Source: Deltaproteobacteria bacterium RIFCSPHIGHO2_01_FULL_43_49
GTDB lineage: Bacteria > UBA10199 > SPLOWO2-01-44-7
NCBI GenBank assembly: GCA_001798075.1
Contig: MGRG01000005.1
Span: forward strand, 1,148-65,147
DNA length: 64,000 bases
Reading direction: 5' to 3'
This document shows, piece by piece, positions 49,519 through 58,277 of the stretch (position 1 is its first letter; the number at the start of each line of letters is the position of its first letter). The notes beneath the pieces were generated by a model. The model searched no databases. It saw only the letters and a list, made by a program, of their open reading frames with translations, and was not told the origin of the DNA. Both the position numbers and the translations under genes were made by a program.

Positions 49519-50040
49519 TTACTGATTTTGTTTGATTTTTTCTATCTGGTCTTTAAGATATTCTTTTGTGAGGACACCTGAGAATTTGTTTTGGATGAGC
49601 CCTTTGGAATCTATAAAAAAGGTCTCTGGGACACCTCCCACCCCATAGTCAATGGCCATTTGGCTTTTGGGATCGAAAAGAACGAGAAAAGGCTCTCCCA
49701 ACTCTTTTACAAATTGCACGACGGTTTCCTTTTTATCCTGATAAACTACTCCTAAAAATTTTACCCCCTCTTTTTCGTAAATTGAGCGTACCTCCTTAAG
49801 AACGGGGTGTTCATAAAAACAGGGGCCGCACCAGGTTGCCCAAAAGTTGATGACGACAGGCGAGCCTTTCAAAGAAGGAAGATCGATTTTTTTACCATCG
49901 AGTGTCTCCAGTAAAAAATCGGGGGCCATTTTTCCAACCATCGCTGATGGAAGCTCTCTGGGATTTCTGGTCAGTCCAAAGGCTAAGAGATAAACGATCG
50001 GGGCAACAATCAATATAAAAAGCAGCCAGCGTTTTAACAC
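49519..50040 (-). CDS. ccmG: Thiol:disulfide oxidoreductase CcmG/TlpA
   Basis: GTG start; INFWATWCGPC..EHP, YGV.GVPETFFID. Confidence 0.88.
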   Translation of the reverse strand: MLKRWLLFILIVAPIVYLLAFGLTRNPRELPSAMVGKMAPDFLLETLDGKKIDLPSLKGSPVVINFWATWCGPCFYEHPVLKEVRSIYEKEGVKFLGVVYQDKKETVVQFVKELGEPFLVLFDPKSQMAIDYGVGGVPETFFIDSKGLIQNKFSGVLTKEYLKDQIEKIKQNQ

Positions 50041-51938
50041 GGGGGCTCCCCCTCTTTTTTCTTCATTCCAGCGGAAATGAGAACTCCCAACACAATGACC
50101 CCACCACCACCCCAAATCCAAGAAACGGCAGGAGTCACCATCGTCCGGATCGTTGCCTCAAGACGGTTATGTTCAAAAGCCATGAGGGTTAAATATAAGT
50201 CTCCTGTCACAGTTGAATAAACGGCAGGGGAACCGACCGGTTCTCGATTATTCGGATAAAAATTGAGTTTGGGATTTAAATATCCAAGGGGCCTTCCATT
50301 TTTAAAAACCTCGATTTTTGCGATGACTTCAAAACGTTGTGGTTGTGGGTCCCCGTATAATTTATCCAGTTTGATTTGATATGGTTCCATTTCAAAAATA
50401 TCCCCCAATTTCAAGTGGACCTGATTTTCCTTTTGATAGTTTCCGGAGAGCGCCACTCCAATTGAAACGAATATAATCCCGATGTGGACGACAAATCCCC
50501 CATAGCGTCTTGGGTTTAAAGAAAAAACCCTTTTGGCCCTCCAAAAAACAGTGGCCATTTCGATCAACATAATGGAGAGAGACAATGTTGCGAAAGCAAC
50601 TGTGATTAAAACGAGTGGTTTTTTTATGCCTAAGATAAAAGCAATGACGACAGCAACAGCCATCAGCAAAACGGGCCATCGAAGAAGTTTAAGAAGGGTT
50701 TTGGGATCTCCCTTTTTCCAGGGAAGGGCGACACCCACCCCCATGAGCAAGATGATGAGGAGGGCCAGGGGAACAACCATTTGATTGAAAAAGGGGGCGC
50801 CAACCGTGACTTTCACACCGCGCAACGCTTCAACAATCAGGGGATACATTGTCCCCAATAAAACAACGAAACAAAAACAGACGAACAAAAGGTTATTGAT
50901 TAAAAAAGCTGTCTCACGACTTAAGGGGTGATCCAATTTTCCGGGACTTTTGAACTGCGGCCCCTTCCAGATCAAAAGGGCAGTGGCAATGGCCAACGCA
51001 ATTCCAATGCTAAACAAAAAGTAGAGACCAATTTCAGACTCCGTAAAGGAATGAACACTGTCGAGGACACCGGAGCGGGTTAAAAAGGTTCCGAGCAGGG
51101 TCAGGAGAAAAGTCATGCAGATCAAAACGAGATTCCAAATTTTGAGCATCTGGCGGCGTTCCTCCACCATGATGGAATGCAAAAAAGCGGTTCCGGTAAG
51201 CCACGGCATGAAACTCGCATTTTCCACCGGATCCCACGCCCAATAACCTCCCCAGCCCAAAACCGCATAAGACCACCAGCCCCCAAGGACAATGGCTATT
51301 GATAAAAACATCCAAGCGATCAAAAACCAGCGCCTGGTGATTGAAACCCAGGCATTACTCAAATCTCCTGTTACAAGACTCGCAATCGCGAAGGAAAAGG
51401 GGACACTCATTCCGACATATCCCAAATAAAGCATTGGGGGATGCAGACCCATAAGCCAGTGGTTTTGAAGAAGTGGATTGGGGCCGGGACCATTGTCTGG
51501 AACGGGATAAACACTCTGAAATGGATTCGCAGGAATTGCGAGAACAAGATAAAAGAAGGCGCCAATGGCAAATAGAGAAATACAAACCCACGGCATCAAA
51601 TTTTCAAACTTGTTTCGATTGCGATAAATACACAAAGCGGTATAGCCAGACAATACCCAACCCCAGAGCAAGATCGATCCCTCCAGAGAACTCCACAACG
51701 AAATGGCCGCATAAAATCGTGGTGTTTCTTTAGCCCCCACATGGGCGACATAGCTGACACTAAAGTCGTTCGTAAGGAGTGCCACCATCATGCCCAAACC
51801 GGCAACCGTCATCGCAAAAAAGTTGGTGTAGGCCAGTTTTCTTGCCACAGCCATTTTGCCAAAATAGGCAAAGGCCATTCCAGCAAGGGAAGAGGCAAGG
51901 GCCAAAAAGATGCAGATGTTTCCGATAGTATTAATCAT
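50034..51938 (-). CDS. ccmF: Heme lyase CcmF
   Basis: EGSILLW, NPLLQ..HPP.LY.GY, WGGYWAWDPVENAS, TRSG...SVHSF. Confidence 0.96.
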   Translation of the reverse strand: MINTIGNICIFLALASSLAGMAFAYFGKMAVARKLAYTNFFAMTVAGLGMMVALLTNDFSVSYVAHVGAKETPRFYAAISLWSSLEGSILLWGWVLSGYTALCIYRNRNKFENLMPWVCISLFAIGAFFYLVLAIPANPFQSVYPVPDNGPGPNPLLQNHWLMGLHPPMLYLGYVGMSVPFSFAIASLVTGDLSNAWVSITRRWFLIAWMFLSIAIVLGGWWSYAVLGWGGYWAWDPVENASFMPWLTGTAFLHSIMVEERRQMLKIWNLVLICMTFLLTLLGTFLTRSGVLDSVHSFTESEIGLYFLFSIGIALAIATALLIWKGPQFKSPGKLDHPLSRETAFLINNLLFVCFCFVVLLGTMYPLIVEALRGVKVTVGAPFFNQMVVPLALLIILLMGVGVALPWKKGDPKTLLKLLRWPVLLMAVAVVIAFILGIKKPLVLITVAFATLSLSIMLIEMATVFWRAKRVFSLNPRRYGGFVVHIGIIFVSIGVALSGNYQKENQVHLKLGDIFEMEPYQIKLDKLYGDPQPQRFEVIAKIEVFKNGRPLGYLNPKLNFYPNNREPVGSPAVYSTVTGDLYLTLMAFEHNRLEATIRTMVTPAVSWIWGGGGVIVLGVLISAGMKKKEGEPPC

Positions 51939-51949
51939 TGTAACGGGGT

Positions 51950-52381
51950 CTACTTTCCCTTGAACCTCTTTAAATAGTGAATGACCGTTTTTAAATGTTC
52001 TTGTTCATCCGCCAAAATCCCCTTGATTAAAAGGGCTTCTTTGGGGGGAAGTGGCAGCTTGAGTATCTCTTCGTACAGTCGGATGGATTGGAGTTCCATT
52101 TCGATGTGCGCCTGAAGGGATGCCCTGAGGGAATCGGAACGAGGGACTCGCTTCGGCTCTGGAAGGGAAGGCGTAGAACCTGTTACGGTCGCAACAATCT
52201 CGCTGAATACTTTTGAATGAACCGCCTCTTCTTCAGCAAATCGTTTGAAGGTCTTGCCAATGTGTTCCCCATCGATGATCTTTTGATGGAACAGCTCTGC
52301 TTCATGCTCGTAGAGAGATTCATCTGCCAACTCCTGAATCGCGGCTGTTAAAATCTTTTCCATTTTTTCTCTCGACGGCAT
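51950..52381 (-). CDS. Ferritin-like (rubrerythrin/bacterioferritin-type) four-helix protein
   Basis: E...Y, EEEAVH, E....LY, DEQEH diiron-type motifs. Confidence 0.75.
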   Translation of the reverse strand: MPSREKMEKILTAAIQELADESLYEHEAELFHQKIIDGEHIGKTFKRFAEEEAVHSKVFSEIVATVTGSTPSLPEPKRVPRSDSLRASLQAHIEMELQSIRLYEEILKLPLPPKEALLIKGILADEQEHLKTVIHYLKRFKGK

Positions 52382-52396
52382 ATTGCCTCCATTGTT

Positions 52397-52849
52397 TTAT
52401 GGAACTAGTTCCTTATAAATGATGGCGGGTTTTTCGCCCTCTTTGGGGGGGTGATATTCGTTGGAATGTTTGACCATTAAACGATCTGCCTGAAAAGAAC
52501 TTGTCTTCAAAAGTTTACCCTCAACAACAACCCCCATCCCTTCTTGAAACATTTGGGGTGGGGTTTCGTAACTCACAATAGAAATTTCTTTGGATCCATC
52601 CGAGAGCAAAAATTTAAGAGATACCCTTTCAGCATCCCATTGAATAGATCCCTTTTTAACAGTCCCTCCCAGCCGCACCGGTTTGTCATAGGCCAAGTCC
52701 CCCTTGGCCAAAAGTTCTGTCGGTGTGACAAAGTAGACGATATTTTTTTCTAATTTTCCGAAAATAAGATAGCTTAGACCCCCAACAATGATCGCCAAGG
52801 CAAACCCTAAACTAACCCAATTCTTTTTTTGCTTTTTTAAGTCGGACAT
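52397..52849 (-). CDS. ccmE: Heme chaperone CcmE
   Basis: YFVTP.E, RLGG.V..GS, P.MF.EG.GVVVEG, KHSNEY (HxxxY). Confidence 0.95.
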   Translation of the reverse strand: MSDLKKQKKNWVSLGFALAIIVGGLSYLIFGKLEKNIVYFVTPTELLAKGDLAYDKPVRLGGTVKKGSIQWDAERVSLKFLLSDGSKEISIVSYETPPQMFQEGMGVVVEGKLLKTSSFQADRLMVKHSNEYHPPKEGEKPAIIYKELVP

Positions 52850-52916
52850 AAAGTAAAATTGTATAGAGAATTAAAACACTCCAAGTCAATCCATAACCTG
52901 CAATTAAAAAATTCAT
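52812..52916 (-). CDS. ccmD: Heme exporter subunit CcmD (34 aa, not in the ORF track)
   Basis: Hand translation MNFLIAGYGLTWSVLILYTILLYVRLKKAKKELG; ATGA overlap with ccmC, between ccmC and ccmE. Confidence 0.8.
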   Translation of the reverse strand: MNFLIAGYGLTWSVLILYTILLYVRLKKAKKELG

Positions 52917-53581
52917 TGAATCTCCCCCATTATTTGATTCTCAATTTTTTCTTTAAGCCGACTTAAATGAAATCGATAATAGATAAAAAGAATGAGAATG
53001 AATAAAAAGGCAACAGCATTCAGTCGCAAACTCAAAACCATCTGGGGATCAACCGTGGAGGGACTTGATTGAACCTGGTGAAGAGTCCTCCACCATTTCA
53101 CGCTAAAATAGACGATTGGGACGTTTAGAAAAATAAGCAATCCCAACGGAGCGCTCAAACGGGCCCGTTTTTCTCGATCATCCACAAAAGCCCTGAAGGC
53201 CAAATATCCCACATACAAAAACAATAGAATCGCGGTGGTGGTAAGCCTTGCATCCCAAGTCCACCAAACGCCCCAAGTGGGGCGACCCCAAATGGAACCC
53301 AAAGACAAAGTCAGGGCGGTCAAGACACAACCTACTTCCGCGGAACTAGCTGCCAAATGATCCCAAAACATTTTTTTGCGAACCAAATATAAAATACTAC
53401 TGATAAAAACGATTGAATAGGCGATAAAAGAATTCCAGGCAGCGGGGACATGGACATACATCAGCTTTTGCACCTCTCCCATTTGGGCATCGGGCGGGCT
53501 TCTAAAAAGCCCCCACCATTGTGCAAAGATAAAAAAACCGATAGCCACAATTAAACTTCCATATTGAAAAATCTTCTTCAC
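52913..53581 (-). CDS. ccmC: Heme exporter CcmC
   Basis: YVHVPAAW, WGRPTWGVWWTWDARLT, WWRTLHQ. Confidence 0.96.
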   Translation of the reverse strand: MKKIFQYGSLIVAIGFFIFAQWWGLFRSPPDAQMGEVQKLMYVHVPAAWNSFIAYSIVFISSILYLVRKKMFWDHLAASSAEVGCVLTALTLSLGSIWGRPTWGVWWTWDARLTTTAILLFLYVGYLAFRAFVDDREKRARLSAPLGLLIFLNVPIVYFSVKWWRTLHQVQSSPSTVDPQMVLSLRLNAVAFLFILILFIYYRFHLSRLKEKIENQIMGEIQ

Positions 53582-53584
53582 TTT

Positions 53585-54262
53585 TTAAGCCTCCAAAAGT
53601 AATCCTGCAGTGAGCAAGCAGGCCGACAAAAAAATACTATCAAAAACAAAAAGCATCTCTATCCAAGGTCTGGCTTGAAGAAAAGGGTCTCCTTCCAGGG
53701 CGTATTGTGTGGCAAAAACGCAAGCCAAAAGCAAGGGGATTAGCATCGGGAAAAGCAAAAGCGGTAGCATCACTTGACGCGCTCTGGTCTTGGTAATGAG
53801 GAGGGCATAGAAAGTTCCCAAGGTGGCTATGCCTAAATCTCCCAGTAAAAAAATTAAAACCAAATTCCAAGGTTCTTTAGGGACATCCAAATCATAAAGA
53901 ACCATCATCATCAAAAGAACGACCGTTTGGACGATGAGGACAAAGAGGAAGTTGGTGAAAAGCTTCCCTAAAAAAATGGCGCGATGACTGACCGAGTACA
54001 AAATGAGGCGATCGAGACAACCTTCTTCCGCCTCGGCTTGAAAAGAACGGTCGAGGGCGAGAACAGCACTGAACAAGACAACGAGCCAAAGGAGACCCGG
54101 CGCTAATTTTTTGAGCAAAGCAGTCTCCGGCCCGATCGCAAAACTAAAAAGAAAGATGATTAAAATCCCGAAAAAAAGGATGCTGTTCAATGTCTCCCTC
54201 TTTCTCAGTTCGGAGAGGAGATCCTTATGACAGATGGCAGCCAAACAACGAATGAAATTCAT
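53585..54262 (-). CDS. ccmB: Heme exporter CcmB
   Basis: KDL..E.R, PGLLW, F..E..EGCLD.L, LPLLLFP..IP. Confidence 0.93.
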   Translation of the reverse strand: MNFIRCLAAICHKDLLSELRKRETLNSILFFGILIIFLFSFAIGPETALLKKLAPGLLWLVVLFSAVLALDRSFQAEAEEGCLDRLILYSVSHRAIFLGKLFTNFLFVLIVQTVVLLMMMVLYDLDVPKEPWNLVLIFLLGDLGIATLGTFYALLITKTRARQVMLPLLLFPMLIPLLLACVFATQYALEGDPFLQARPWIEMLFVFDSIFLSACLLTAGLLLEA

Positions 54263-54942
54263 AGGATGACGCTTGATGGAATGTTTTTGGGGTCACCAAA
54301 ATAGGCAACCCTCCCTTGATTCAAAACCATGGCCTTGTCACAAAGGGGTAAAACCTCATGATGATCGTGGGAGGCCAAAAGGAGGGTTAGACCCCCCTTT
54401 TTCCAGTTTTGGATGCAGCGGTTCATCAAGGTTTTGCCTTCCCGGTCCAGATTTGCATGGGGTTCATCTAACAAAACAAATTCAGGACTTTCTAAAAGGA
54501 TTCTTGCAAGGCTTAAGCGCTTTCGCATCCCGACAGAGAAAGAGGCGATCGGTTTTCCGCCCACCGCATTGAGCCCTACTTCAGCCATGGCCTCGCGAAG
54601 CTTTTTCACCAGAGGTTTTCGGCCCTTTATCACACAGGAAAATTTTAAATTTTCCTCAGCGGTCAGTGTCTTGTAAAGGCCCAGCTCGTGACCCAACCAC
54701 TCAACCTGATTTCTAATCTTGAGGGTGTTCTGTCTGATATCGAAACCCGCAATGGTTCCCCCTCCCGTCGTCGGCTCCAAAAGAGTGGCCAAGATTTTAA
54801 GGAGGGTTGATTTGCCACAACCATTGGGCCCCAAAATTGCGATACAATCTCCCTTGTTCGCTACAAGCCCAATATCCCTCAAAGCCCAATGAGTGGCAAA
54901 ACGTTGACTAATTCCCGTTAACTCAACGACTCTGGAATTCAT
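54259..54942 (-). CDS. ccmA: Heme exporter ATP-binding subunit CcmA
   Basis: GPNGCGKST, LGHE.GLY..LTAEENL, FSVGMRKR, LLDEP. Confidence 0.93.
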   Translation of the reverse strand: MNSRVVELTGISQRFATHWALRDIGLVANKGDCIAILGPNGCGKSTLLKILATLLEPTTGGGTIAGFDIRQNTLKIRNQVEWLGHELGLYKTLTAEENLKFSCVIKGRKPLVKKLREAMAEVGLNAVGGKPIASFSVGMRKRLSLARILLESPEFVLLDEPHANLDREGKTLMNRCIQNWKKGGLTLLLASHDHHEVLPLCDKAMVLNQGRVAYFGDPKNIPSSVIL

Positions 54943-55028
54943 TTCGGCTGCCTATATAGACTTTTCATTCTTGATAGCAAGACCATTCTACTTTATAAGG
55001 TGTTGGGGTCCTAAAAAAAGGGGGGTCT

Positions 55029-55322
55029 ATGTATGGTTTTGGACATTCTGGGTTTTATTCCTTTGAGCCACACATCGCTGTCTTTTTGGGATTGATGGCC
55101 TTAGGTTTCGGTTACTGGATTTTTATACAAGCCAAATCCGACACAAGTTGTTCCAAGTTAGGTAAATTTTTTGGGGTTTTGATATCCATTGTTGCGGCTT
55201 TGGGGCTCATCTGCATCCTTTATTTAAGCATCAAACGCTGTTGCATGGCTCCAAAGGGAGACTGGTACAAAAGCCATATGCAAATGATGGCACCACCTGA
55301 TGAAAATCATCCTGGTAAATGA
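55029..55322 (+). CDS. Small two-TM membrane protein
   Basis: 97 aa with two hydrophobic helices, purine-rich RBS. Confidence 0.6.
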   Translation: MYGFGHSGFYSFEPHIAVFLGLMALGFGYWIFIQAKSDTSCSKLGKFFGVLISIVAALGLICILYLSIKRCCMAPKGDWYKSHMQMMAPPDENHPGK

Positions 55323-55331
55323 TTTCTATCA
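55320..55331. promoter_or_regulatory. FNR-like box upstream of the Cyc2-like gene
   Basis: TGAT-TTCT-ATCA. Confidence 0.72.
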
Positions 55332-55411
55332 TCTTTATATGAGGGCTTTTTTGTGGTTGTTTAGAATTCAGATATTAGAATTTAGGATTTTCCAAAAAAA
55401 AGGGGGGGATT

Positions 55412-56659
55412 ATGAAAAAATTTTTCTGTGTAGCAGGGCTGCTTTCTTTTTTATGCGTCTGGTTGTTTCCTTCCAGTGAAGCCCAAGCCGTTTCGCAATG
55501 GGCCCGAAAATACAAGATGAATTGCCAATCTTGTCACACGGCTTTTCCCAGACTTAACTATTTTGGCGAAAAATTTCAGCGCAATGGCTTCCAGCTTCCC
55601 GAGACAGAAGATGGAGACGAAAATAAGGAAAAACTAAGTGACACGGCTTTCATTGATAATCTTATCAATATGTTTGGTGTTCGTATTGCGGTCTCCCCGG
55701 CATCTATCACCACCAATGGGCTCACAAGACCGGATGGAACAGTGACTACCCGAACCAGCTTTGGTAACACCGATTGGGTCCAATTTTTCTCGGCTGGAAG
55801 TATTTTTAAAAATGCCTCCATTTTTATTGAGACAGAAATAACGAATACTGCCATCAAAAATAACTGGTTTACTCTGGGATATCACAACTTGTTTGGTCAT
55901 AGTCTTTTAAACCTCCGTGTTGGCAAACTAGGTGTCATGAATTGGGTTGGTCAAAGTGGGCGCTTGAGAATGATTCCAAACATCCAAGTGGAGGGTTGGA
56001 AAAATTTTCTGACCGCGGAGGGGACGACTTCAGCATCAACCACCTTGCAAGATCAGGTGGCTATGGGTGAACCCCAGCCTGGCATTGAGCTCTACGGTTA
56101 TAAGGGGCCTTTCCTTTATTCAGTAGGAGTTGTGAACGGGAATGCCTTGACGGACAACAACGAATTTAAAAACGTGTTTGGAACTCTGCGTCTGGAAGCA
56201 ACCGATGGACCCATCCAAGGAAGTTCCATCTCCGGGTGGGGCTATTGGGGAACAGACACGTTTAGTACCGTGCGCCGCAAAGATCGTTTCTATCGTGTCT
56301 CCGGTGCGGCCAACTTAAGATGGAAAAACTGGGATGTGATTGGCGCCTTTCTCCATGGACGGGACAGCGACTGGATTTTATCAACAGCCGCACCAAATCG
56401 AAACACAACTCACGCTGCCTCGGGGCAGGTGGGTTACTTGATCAATCCCAAGTGGTATGCAGCAGCTCAATATGATTATGTCACCGACACATTTAAGAAT
56501 ACGGCGACAACATCCAATTTTTATCACAAGGCGTCGCCTTCGATCTGGTTCATGCCAAGAGAAAACATGCGAATTGGATTGGTCCAGCGCTTTGAATTTA
56601 AGGGAAGAGCGGGTGGCAGACAGCATGAATTTCTCGTTCATGCAAGGGCCATGTTTTAA
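55412..56659 (+). CDS. Cyc2-like monoheme cytochrome-porin fusion
   Basis: Signal peptide then AVSQWARKYKMNCQSCHTAFPRLNYFGEKFQRNGF (Cyc2 N-terminal pattern AR...CxxCH..FP.L..FG..F..NG[YF]); beta-barrel body ending in AMF. Confidence 0.8.
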   Translation: MKKFFCVAGLLSFLCVWLFPSSEAQAVSQWARKYKMNCQSCHTAFPRLNYFGEKFQRNGFQLPETEDGDENKEKLSDTAFIDNLINMFGVRIAVSPASITTNGLTRPDGTVTTRTSFGNTDWVQFFSAGSIFKNASIFIETEITNTAIKNNWFTLGYHNLFGHSLLNLRVGKLGVMNWVGQSGRLRMIPNIQVEGWKNFLTAEGTTSASTTLQDQVAMGEPQPGIELYGYKGPFLYSVGVVNGNALTDNNEFKNVFGTLRLEATDGPIQGSSISGWGYWGTDTFSTVRRKDRFYRVSGAANLRWKNWDVIGAFLHGRDSDWILSTAAPNRNTTHAASGQVGYLINPKWYAAAQYDYVTDTFKNTATTSNFYHKASPSIWFMPRENMRIGLVQRFEFKGRAGGRQHEFLVHARAMF

Positions 56660-56696
56660 TAAAAGGGAAAACTGGAATCTCTAGCAAACTACATGC

Positions 56697-57740
56697 TTAG
56701 CTTGAGAAAATAGGGGAGAATCGGCACTGTCTTCTTTGCCATTCTTCTACTAAAGAAGTCATAGACTGTTGGAGCATTTCTTCGGCAAGGAGGCCTTCTT
56801 GTTTTCTAAAAGACAAGTTTTTGTCAGCGATCGTTTTCAAATCATCCACATTATATAAATAGACATTGTCTAGAGTTCCTACCTCCGGATCAATGTTACG
56901 AGGAACACCCAAATCAATTAAAATCGATGGTTCCGGCCTTTCTAAACAACCTTTCGATAAAAGCATCTTTTTTGAAATAATGTGGGCATTCGCTGCTGTT
57001 GATGTCACAACAACATTTGCGTGGGGCAATATTTCCTCCAATTTATCAAAAGGGACCACTTGGGCTGCTAGACGGCCGGCAAGCTTTTCTGCCAAATTAC
57101 GAGTCCTGTTAGCAACGATCAATTTCTTAACCCCTCGTTTTTTCAAAAGCTCTGCGGCTTGAACACCCATTTCCCCTAACCCTACAACCAAAACTGTGAG
57201 GGGATCGAAAGACCCAAAAATTTGCTCTATCAACATGATTGAAACGGAACTAACGGAAGTGGGATACCTCGCAATTCCTGTATTTGTCCGAATTCGTTTG
57301 GCAATCTGAAAAGCCTTTTGAAAAATAAAATGAATGTTGGAATCCGCAACATCGACTGCCAGGGTTTGCATGTAGGCCTGTTTGACCTGACCTAAAACTT
57401 GCGTCTCTCCTAACACAAGCGAATCAAGTCCGGTTGCAACTTTTATAAGATGCTGAAGTGCCTCTTTATTTCGATAAACATAGTTTGGAAAGGGATTTTC
57501 ATCTTTCAGATTTAGAAAATCTTTCCAATAAGCCATTAAATCCGAGGTGCTCGTTTGTTCTTGCAATGAAACATAGATTTCAACGCGGTTACAGGTGGCC
57601 AAATAGCAAGCACCACTGACTTGAGCTAAAGAACACAGCCCTTTCAAGAACACCGGCACTTGCGGTGGGGGCAGTATCCAACGCTCCCTTTCTCCAATGG
57701 AGCTGCCTTTGAAATTATAACCTAGAACGATTAGTTCCAT
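56697..57740 (-). CDS. hemA: Glutamyl-tRNA reductase (short C-terminus)
   Basis: TCNRVEIY, GLDSLVLGETQVLGQVK, GLGEMG, ANRT, DLGVPRNID. Confidence 0.92.
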   Translation of the reverse strand: MELIVLGYNFKGSSIGERERWILPPPQVPVFLKGLCSLAQVSGACYLATCNRVEIYVSLQEQTSTSDLMAYWKDFLNLKDENPFPNYVYRNKEALQHLIKVATGLDSLVLGETQVLGQVKQAYMQTLAVDVADSNIHFIFQKAFQIAKRIRTNTGIARYPTSVSSVSIMLIEQIFGSFDPLTVLVVGLGEMGVQAAELLKKRGVKKLIVANRTRNLAEKLAGRLAAQVVPFDKLEEILPHANVVVTSTAANAHIISKKMLLSKGCLERPEPSILIDLGVPRNIDPEVGTLDNVYLYNVDDLKTIADKNLSFRKQEGLLAEEMLQQSMTSLVEEWQRRQCRFSPIFSS

Positions 57741-57812
57741 TGATATATCAATCTAACAAACTTGAGCTGCGCGGGCAACCTGATTTTATCCACTTTTCGA
57801 TCAAACAGCCTT

Positions 57813-58199
57813 TCACAAAAAGCGTTTTTGTTTTAAAAAATCGATTATAACGGACTTTGGAACAAAAAAGATCTCAACATCTGTTTTGGCAGTGGCTGTG
57901 GCACAGTGAGGCGTATTGGTCAAAAGATGAAATAAGCCAAATAGGCCATTTCTATAACCTGCAGAGATCGGTAAATGTTCATTTTTTCCCTCCATACCGA
58001 CTCGGGATAGGGCGATTTCACCCTTTTTTAAAGTATAGAAACCATATGTGTGGTGGCCTTCGTAAAAAATGACATGCCCCTTTTTGAAGTGCATAACCCC
58101 GCCTTGAGGAATGAGATCATCCAAATGAATTTGAACCTCTTTGGTGACCTTTTGTTCCCAGGGGGTAACACCGCAACAAATGTCTTGATGAATATCCAT
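57813..58199 (-). CDS. Stand-alone cyclic nucleotide-binding domain protein
   Basis: FKKG.VIFYEG....GFY.LKKG.I, FG, ATATAKTD; no HTH. Confidence 0.75.
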   Translation of the reverse strand: MDIHQDICCGVTPWEQKVTKEVQIHLDDLIPQGGVMHFKKGHVIFYEGHHTYGFYTLKKGEIALSRVGMEGKNEHLPISAGYRNGLFGLFHLLTNTPHCATATAKTDVEIFFVPKSVIIDFLKQKRFL

Positions 58200-58237
58200 C
58201 CATTAAAAAGCTAACCTAAATACGAGGTCTACTGATA

Positions 58238-58271
58238 TGATTGAGCACAGACTAAAATATGATATAAATCA
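58238..58271. promoter_or_regulatory. Tandem FNR-like boxes between divergent genes
   Basis: TGAT-TGAG-CACA (58238) and TGAT-ATAA-ATCA (58260), 22 bp apart. Confidence 0.7.
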
Positions 58272-58277
58272 GCCTTT

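Noticed and set aside
56697-57740. hemA as a pseudogene because the C-terminal dimerisation region is short
   Set aside because: Uninterrupted frame with catalytic Cys and NADPH-binding motifs intact
57781-57792. FNR-like box upstream of hemA (TGAT-TTTA-TCCA)
   Set aside because: Two mismatches in one half-site; plausible but not counted
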